From NCBI GenBank assembly GCA_023145435.1, contig JAGLDS010000003.1, positions 64,276-128,275 of the forward strand: 64,000 nucleotides of DNA, given 5' to 3'. Positions 60,466 to 64,000 of this stretch are shown in pieces; the stretch's first letter is position 1, and each line of letters starts with the position of its first letter. The translations under genes and the position numbers were made by a program. The stretch is from Clostridiales bacterium. Its GTDB lineage: Bacteria > Bacillota > Clostridia > DUPQ01. Under the pieces are notes generated by a model. That model saw only the letters and a list, made by a program, of their open reading frames with translations. It ran no database searches and was not told the origin of the DNA.

Positions 60466-62148
60466 ATGTTATTATCAGCTTTAATAGATTTTCCAGATGA
60501 TGCAGCAAAAATTTATAGCGAAAGCACTATGAATAAGATGTTAGAAAAGTTAAAAGAAACAGGTGTTAGTCGCGTATATTTTCAATACTATGGTAATCGT
60601 GATTATGGACATTTTTGGGACCATAAAGCGCCTTCACATAGAGAAACCGTTGAAACGGCTAACAACATACCAGAATTTAGCCAAGTATTTGTAAAAGCAG
60701 CTAAAGCAAATGGCATAGAACCTGTAGCTGTTATGAGACCACAAGAACAAGGGATATGGTTTACTTTTTCGCCATATTATAAAGAAGCTCGTGGAAATAA
60801 CGGGATACAATACACAGGTGGTAAAATAATGATTGTATCTAAATTTTTGCTAGAAAACCCTCATCTTCGTATTAAGAGGAGAACATGGGATATTGATAAA
60901 GATGCTATTAATAAGAAAATTTGTATGATTAAACTTTATAAGCAAAACAATATACACAGTCGAATCACAAAGCAAAACATAACAATCTATGTATCCAATG
61001 ATAATGCAAATTATAATAAATATGAAGGTGATTTTACTTTAACTTATTCAACTGAAAAAGCTAAAAGTGATGTTATAACTTCAGGGTTTATTATTAATTA
61101 TCCAATTAAAACTATTACAAATTTAGGTGATTCCATAGAAGTTATTACATTAGGTGAGCTATCAATAAACGAGCGATATGTAGCGATAGCTGTTAATTGT
61201 AAAGATAAAGTTAATGATGAAGAATTATTTATTAATACACCAATGCATGCTATTTCCATATTTGATGAAAACAAAAATGAAATATGTGCATCTCCTGGTT
61301 CAGCTAATTGGAAGACGCCAACCAATGAACCACATTTACAAGCTGGATTTAATTTTGATGATGGATTTGGTGAAAATTGGCCAGTAATCCTTGATTCAAA
61401 TGATAAAGAAGAATACTTAGCAATTTGTAAAGGAAAGGATGAATATGTTCATGGAGCACTGTGCGTTTGTGAGCCTAAAGTGCAAGAATATTGGTTGAAG
61501 TGGCTTGATAAAGCTTTAGATGATGGTTATGAAATGGTAGGTAATCGTATTGAGTGTCATTCAGTTCATGTAGATGAACCATTTGCATATGGCTATAACG
61601 ATTGTATTAAAGAAGAATATTTTAGGCGTTTTGGCAAGTGTGGTGAAAAGGATATGGAACTAAGTAAAATATCAAAAATACGTGGTGATGCCTATACTAA
61701 GTTGTTTATAGAGGGAGCAAAGAGAGTAAGAGCAAGAGGTAAAAAAGTTTATCTTACACTTAATGTTGAAATGCTTTATGATCCGATTCCTATTGCTCGC
61801 CATATGGCTTACCCTATGAATGTGGAATGGCAATGGAAGCGGTGGATTGATAAAATACAACCAGATGAAATTAATATTAGAGCATATTATTCTTCTCTTG
61901 ATTTTATTTTAAATGATCCACAATGTAAGAAATTCGTAGAAACTGCTAAGAAATATAATGTTCCCTTAACACTAGAGAGATATGACTATTGGGATTTTGC
62001 AACAGAATTTGAAACAGTAAGAGATTCAGGTGATTTCTCACGTATGACATTATATGAAGTAAATAATATTATTCAAAGCGATGGAAAAGGCGGGATAGTT
62101 GAAATAAAACCTGAACTTTTAGCTAAACTAAAAACTTTAATAAAATAA
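60466..62148 (+). CDS. Hypothetical cytoplasmic glycoside-hydrolase-like (TIM-barrel, GHL/DUF187-like) protein
   Basis: 560 aa. CEPKVQEYWLKWLDKALDDGYEMVGNRIECHS resembles the substrate-barrel segment of GH-like families. AAAGGA SD 8 nt upstream. The assignment is weak. Confidence 0.35.
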   Translation: MLLSALIDFPDDAAKIYSESTMNKMLEKLKETGVSRVYFQYYGNRDYGHFWDHKAPSHRETVETANNIPEFSQVFVKAAKANGIEPVAVMRPQEQGIWFTFSPYYKEARGNNGIQYTGGKIMIVSKFLLENPHLRIKRRTWDIDKDAINKKICMIKLYKQNNIHSRITKQNITIYVSNDNANYNKYEGDFTLTYSTEKAKSDVITSGFIINYPIKTITNLGDSIEVITLGELSINERYVAIAVNCKDKVNDEELFINTPMHAISIFDENKNEICASPGSANWKTPTNEPHLQAGFNFDDGFGENWPVILDSNDKEEYLAICKGKDEYVHGALCVCEPKVQEYWLKWLDKALDDGYEMVGNRIECHSVHVDEPFAYGYNDCIKEEYFRRFGKCGEKDMELSKISKIRGDAYTKLFIEGAKRVRARGKKVYLTLNVEMLYDPIPIARHMAYPMNVEWQWKRWIDKIQPDEINIRAYYSSLDFILNDPQCKKFVETAKKYNVPLTLERYDYWDFATEFETVRDSGDFSRMTLYEVNNIIQSDGKGGIVEIKPELLAKLKTLIK

Positions 62149-62235
62149 ACAATATAAAGTGTGCTATGCTAATAATTAGTAAGATTAAAAAAGGAGTAAT
62201 TATTTATAAAGAAATGTAAATGATTAAAGGTAAAT

Positions 62236-63117
62236 ATGAAAGAAAACATATATGAGATTGGATTAGGTGGATATACTATTTATCAAGCACCTAACATGAC
62301 AAGAACGCAAATGATGTCTTATTTAATAACTACACCAAATAATAAGCTAATTGTTATTGATGGAGGATTACGTGGAGATGCTGCTTATTTAACAGAAAAA
62401 ATACATGAATTTGGCTCAGTTGTTTCAATGTGGATTATTACACATATGCACTATGATCATTATAATGCACTTGTAGAAATTCTTGAACACCCTAACATGA
62501 ACGATATAACCATTGAAAAACTTTGCTATAACTTTCCACCAGAAGAATGGGTTAGTAAAGCTGAACCTCGATTTATAGAAAAGAATAAAATGCTATATGA
62601 TTTTTTACCAAAGCTTTTGGACATAACACAAATACTTGAAGAAAATGATAAGTATGATATTGATGGTGTTATTGTTGATATATTAAAAGTACCAAATGAT
62701 TATAATGATTATGACCCTTCATATAAAGGTGGCTCAACGGTAAATGATACTTCCATAGTTTTTAAATTATTGTTTCCCAATGGAAAAACCGCTTTATATC
62801 TAGGAGATTTAGGATTTCGTGCAGGAGAAAAACTTGCTAAACGATACAAAGAAAAGTTAAAAAGTGATATTGTTCAAATGGCACATCATGGACAAAATGG
62901 TGCAGGAGAAGATGTATATAAATTAATTAAACCAACGTTATGTATGTGGACAGCACCACTTTGGTTATATGACAATAATATGGGACATATAGACAAAGAT
63001 GCAATTAATAGATTTGATTCTCATCATTTTAAAACTGTTACAGTACGACGATGGATGGATAAACTAGGAGTAACAATGCATGCCATTGAAGGAGAAGGTC
63101 TTTCAGTGATTAGATAG
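62236..63117 (+). CDS. Metallo-beta-lactamase-fold hydrolase
   Basis: ITHMHYDHYNAL (HxHxDH), later MAHHGQNG. Confidence 0.75.
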   Translation: MKENIYEIGLGGYTIYQAPNMTRTQMMSYLITTPNNKLIVIDGGLRGDAAYLTEKIHEFGSVVSMWIITHMHYDHYNALVEILEHPNMNDITIEKLCYNFPPEEWVSKAEPRFIEKNKMLYDFLPKLLDITQILEENDKYDIDGVIVDILKVPNDYNDYDPSYKGGSTVNDTSIVFKLLFPNGKTALYLGDLGFRAGEKLAKRYKEKLKSDIVQMAHHGQNGAGEDVYKLIKPTLCMWTAPLWLYDNNMGHIDKDAINRFDSHHFKTVTVRRWMDKLGVTMHAIEGEGLSVIR

Positions 63118-63128
63118 GAGAAAAGGAT

Positions 63129-64000
63129 ATGAGTAAATATGATATTGCAGCATTTGTATGGCCGTCATATACAGGAGATGAGTTAAGAACACGGGTGTTT
63201 TGGCCTGAGGGTAATGGGGAATGGCAGACTGTTAAAAATGCAGTGGCTAAATTTGAAGGACATAGTTGGCCAAGAAAACCATTATGGGGTTATGTTAATG
63301 AAGCTGATTCTAGTATTATGGAAATGCAAATTAATGAAGCCTCTAAGCATGGCGTTAATGTTTTTATTTATGATTGGTATTGGTATGATAGACGACCTTT
63401 TTTAGAAAACTGTTTAAATGACGGATATTTAAAAGCTAAAAACAATGATATGGTTAAATTTTATCTTATGTGGGCTAACCACAGTGCAAGGTATTTATGG
63501 GATATTAGAAATTCACATGATGAAGATACGGTTATTTGGGATGGTGCGGTAAATAGAACCGAGTTTGAGATTATTGCTAATCGATTAATTAATAAATATT
63601 TTAAACATCCATCGTATTATACAATTGATAACAAACCTGCATTTATGATTTTTGATATTGAAACATTAATTCGTGGATTAGGTGGTATTAAAAAAACAGC
63701 TGATGCATTTACATGGTTTAAAAAATTAGCAGTTGGAGAAGGACTAGATGGGCTTCATTTTCAATTGGCACTAAGAAATGATACTAATTTTGATGAATAT
63801 AAAAAAGATGATGATAGTGCATATACATTAAGTGAAGTTGTTGATGAAATTGGTTTTGACAGTTTAACTCATTATCAGGTTAATATGTTTACTGATATTG
63901 ATAGAGATTATAATGAAATAATGAAAGATGTTATAAGCGAATGGAGTAATATAGAGAAAGAGTATAATATTCCATATTATCCACACATTTCATTAGGTTG
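63129..64000 (+). CDS. GH99-like / WbsX-family domain protein whose 3' end runs off the window
   Basis: Not in the track. I verified 290 stop-free codons from ATG 63129 (AGGAG 8 nt upstream). The layout IAAFVWPSY...GEWQTV...HGVNVFIYDWYWYDRRPFLENCL...LMWANHS parallels WbsX/GH99-like proteins. Confidence 0.65.
   Translation, partial: MSKYDIAAFVWPSYTGDELRTRVFWPEGNGEWQTVKNAVAKFEGHSWPRKPLWGYVNEADSSIMEMQINEASKHGVNVFIYDWYWYDRRPFLENCLNDGYLKAKNNDMVKFYLMWANHSARYLWDIRNSHDEDTVIWDGAVNRTEFEIIANRLINKYFKHPSYYTIDNKPAFMIFDIETLIRGLGGIKKTADAFTWFKKLAVGEGLDGLHFQLALRNDTNFDEYKKDDDSAYTLSEVVDEIGFDSLTHYQVNMFTDIDRDYNEIMKDVISEWSNIEKEYNIPYYPHISLG

Noticed and set aside
52022-61860. Minus-strand ORFs 52022..52276, 53555..53908, 55116..55370, 55551..55808, 56789..57148, 57630..57854, 61098..61325 and 61672..61860.
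   Set aside because: All are antisense to longer plus-strand CDSs with recognisable motifs. None has an SD or a family signature.
63214-63405. A 63-aa plus-strand ORF from the track near the window end.
   Set aside because: It is in the wrong frame inside the real CDS starting at 63129, which is truncated at the window edge. I verified that CDS as stop-free with family-like motifs.
1-64000. A search by eye for CRISPR arrays, tRNA or rRNA genes, IS elements or transposases, integrases, prophage genes, toxin-antitoxin pairs and known defence-system genes.
   Set aside because: I found no spaced direct-repeat arrays, no GC-rich cloverleaf-like or rRNA-like stretches, and no DDE, tyrosine-recombinase or serine-recombinase motifs. 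I also found no nuclease or ATPase pairs typical of defence islands. The absence is by inspection only; tRNAscan, Infernal, ISfinder and DefenseFinder should confirm it.

Overview
This is an AT-rich bacterial chromosome segment: hand counts on single 60-nt lines give about 28% GC in most genes. It uses the standard code (TGA is a stop, TGG is Trp), strong GGAGG-type ribosome-binding sites and several lipobox lipoproteins. That fits a Gram-positive-type anaerobe (Clostridia- or Erysipelotrichia-like), but I cannot place it more precisely without a search.

I call about 58 protein genes, one multi-frameshift pseudogene, four intrinsic terminators and a few promoter or operator candidates. I saw no rRNA, tRNA, CRISPR array, transposase, integrase, phage or recognisable defence genes.

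Two real CDSs are missing from the ORF track because they run off the window: comp(1..2005) and 63129..64000. I checked both codon by codon and found no stops.

Blocks in order:
- An unrecognised glycan-enzyme-like gene, truncated at the window edge.
- A CDP-alcohol phosphatidyltransferase.
- DUF1846, cysteine desulfidase, RidA and ribokinase.
- A HydABC-type [FeFe] hydrogenase.
- A translationally coupled five-gene cassette: GT-C, WecE-like aminotransferase, GT2, ATP-grasp ligase and an anion permease.
- A sulfur (or selenium) trafficking locus: TusA, LysR, a split YeeE with an embedded TusA, a TrxR-like fusion, and 2-domain and 4-domain rhodanese lipoproteins.
- A trio of GH42-like, SGNH esterase and GH172/DUF2961 genes.
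- zwf coupled to a cyclase-family hydrolase.
- TrxR, a PDO-like redoxin and ferritin.
- An AEC permease and an ABC-2 exporter.
- A cytoplasmic Cys-type sulfatase.
- A decayed acyltransferase pseudogene.
- Two secreted proteins divergent from an OmpR/HK pair.
- A clear bacterial homologue of eukaryotic GTDC1 (the tRNA-queuosine mannosyltransferase).
- A DUF4432 epimerase-like gene and oppBCDFA.
- Asparaginase, a heparinase II/III-like gene and a GH73 autolysin.
- A histidine-free double-rubredoxin protein with an atypical ferredoxin.
- A run of signal-peptide-less, poorly characterised glycan-enzyme-like genes.

The best candidates for undescribed biology are:
- the surface-rhodanese / split-YeeE / TusA / flavoprotein relay;
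- the GT-C + aminotransferase + GT2 + ATP-grasp + permease cassette;
- the GTDC1-like glycosyltransferase;
- the TSCSPGW deviation in the hydrogenase H-cluster motif.

All family calls rest on motifs I read by eye. No searches were run.
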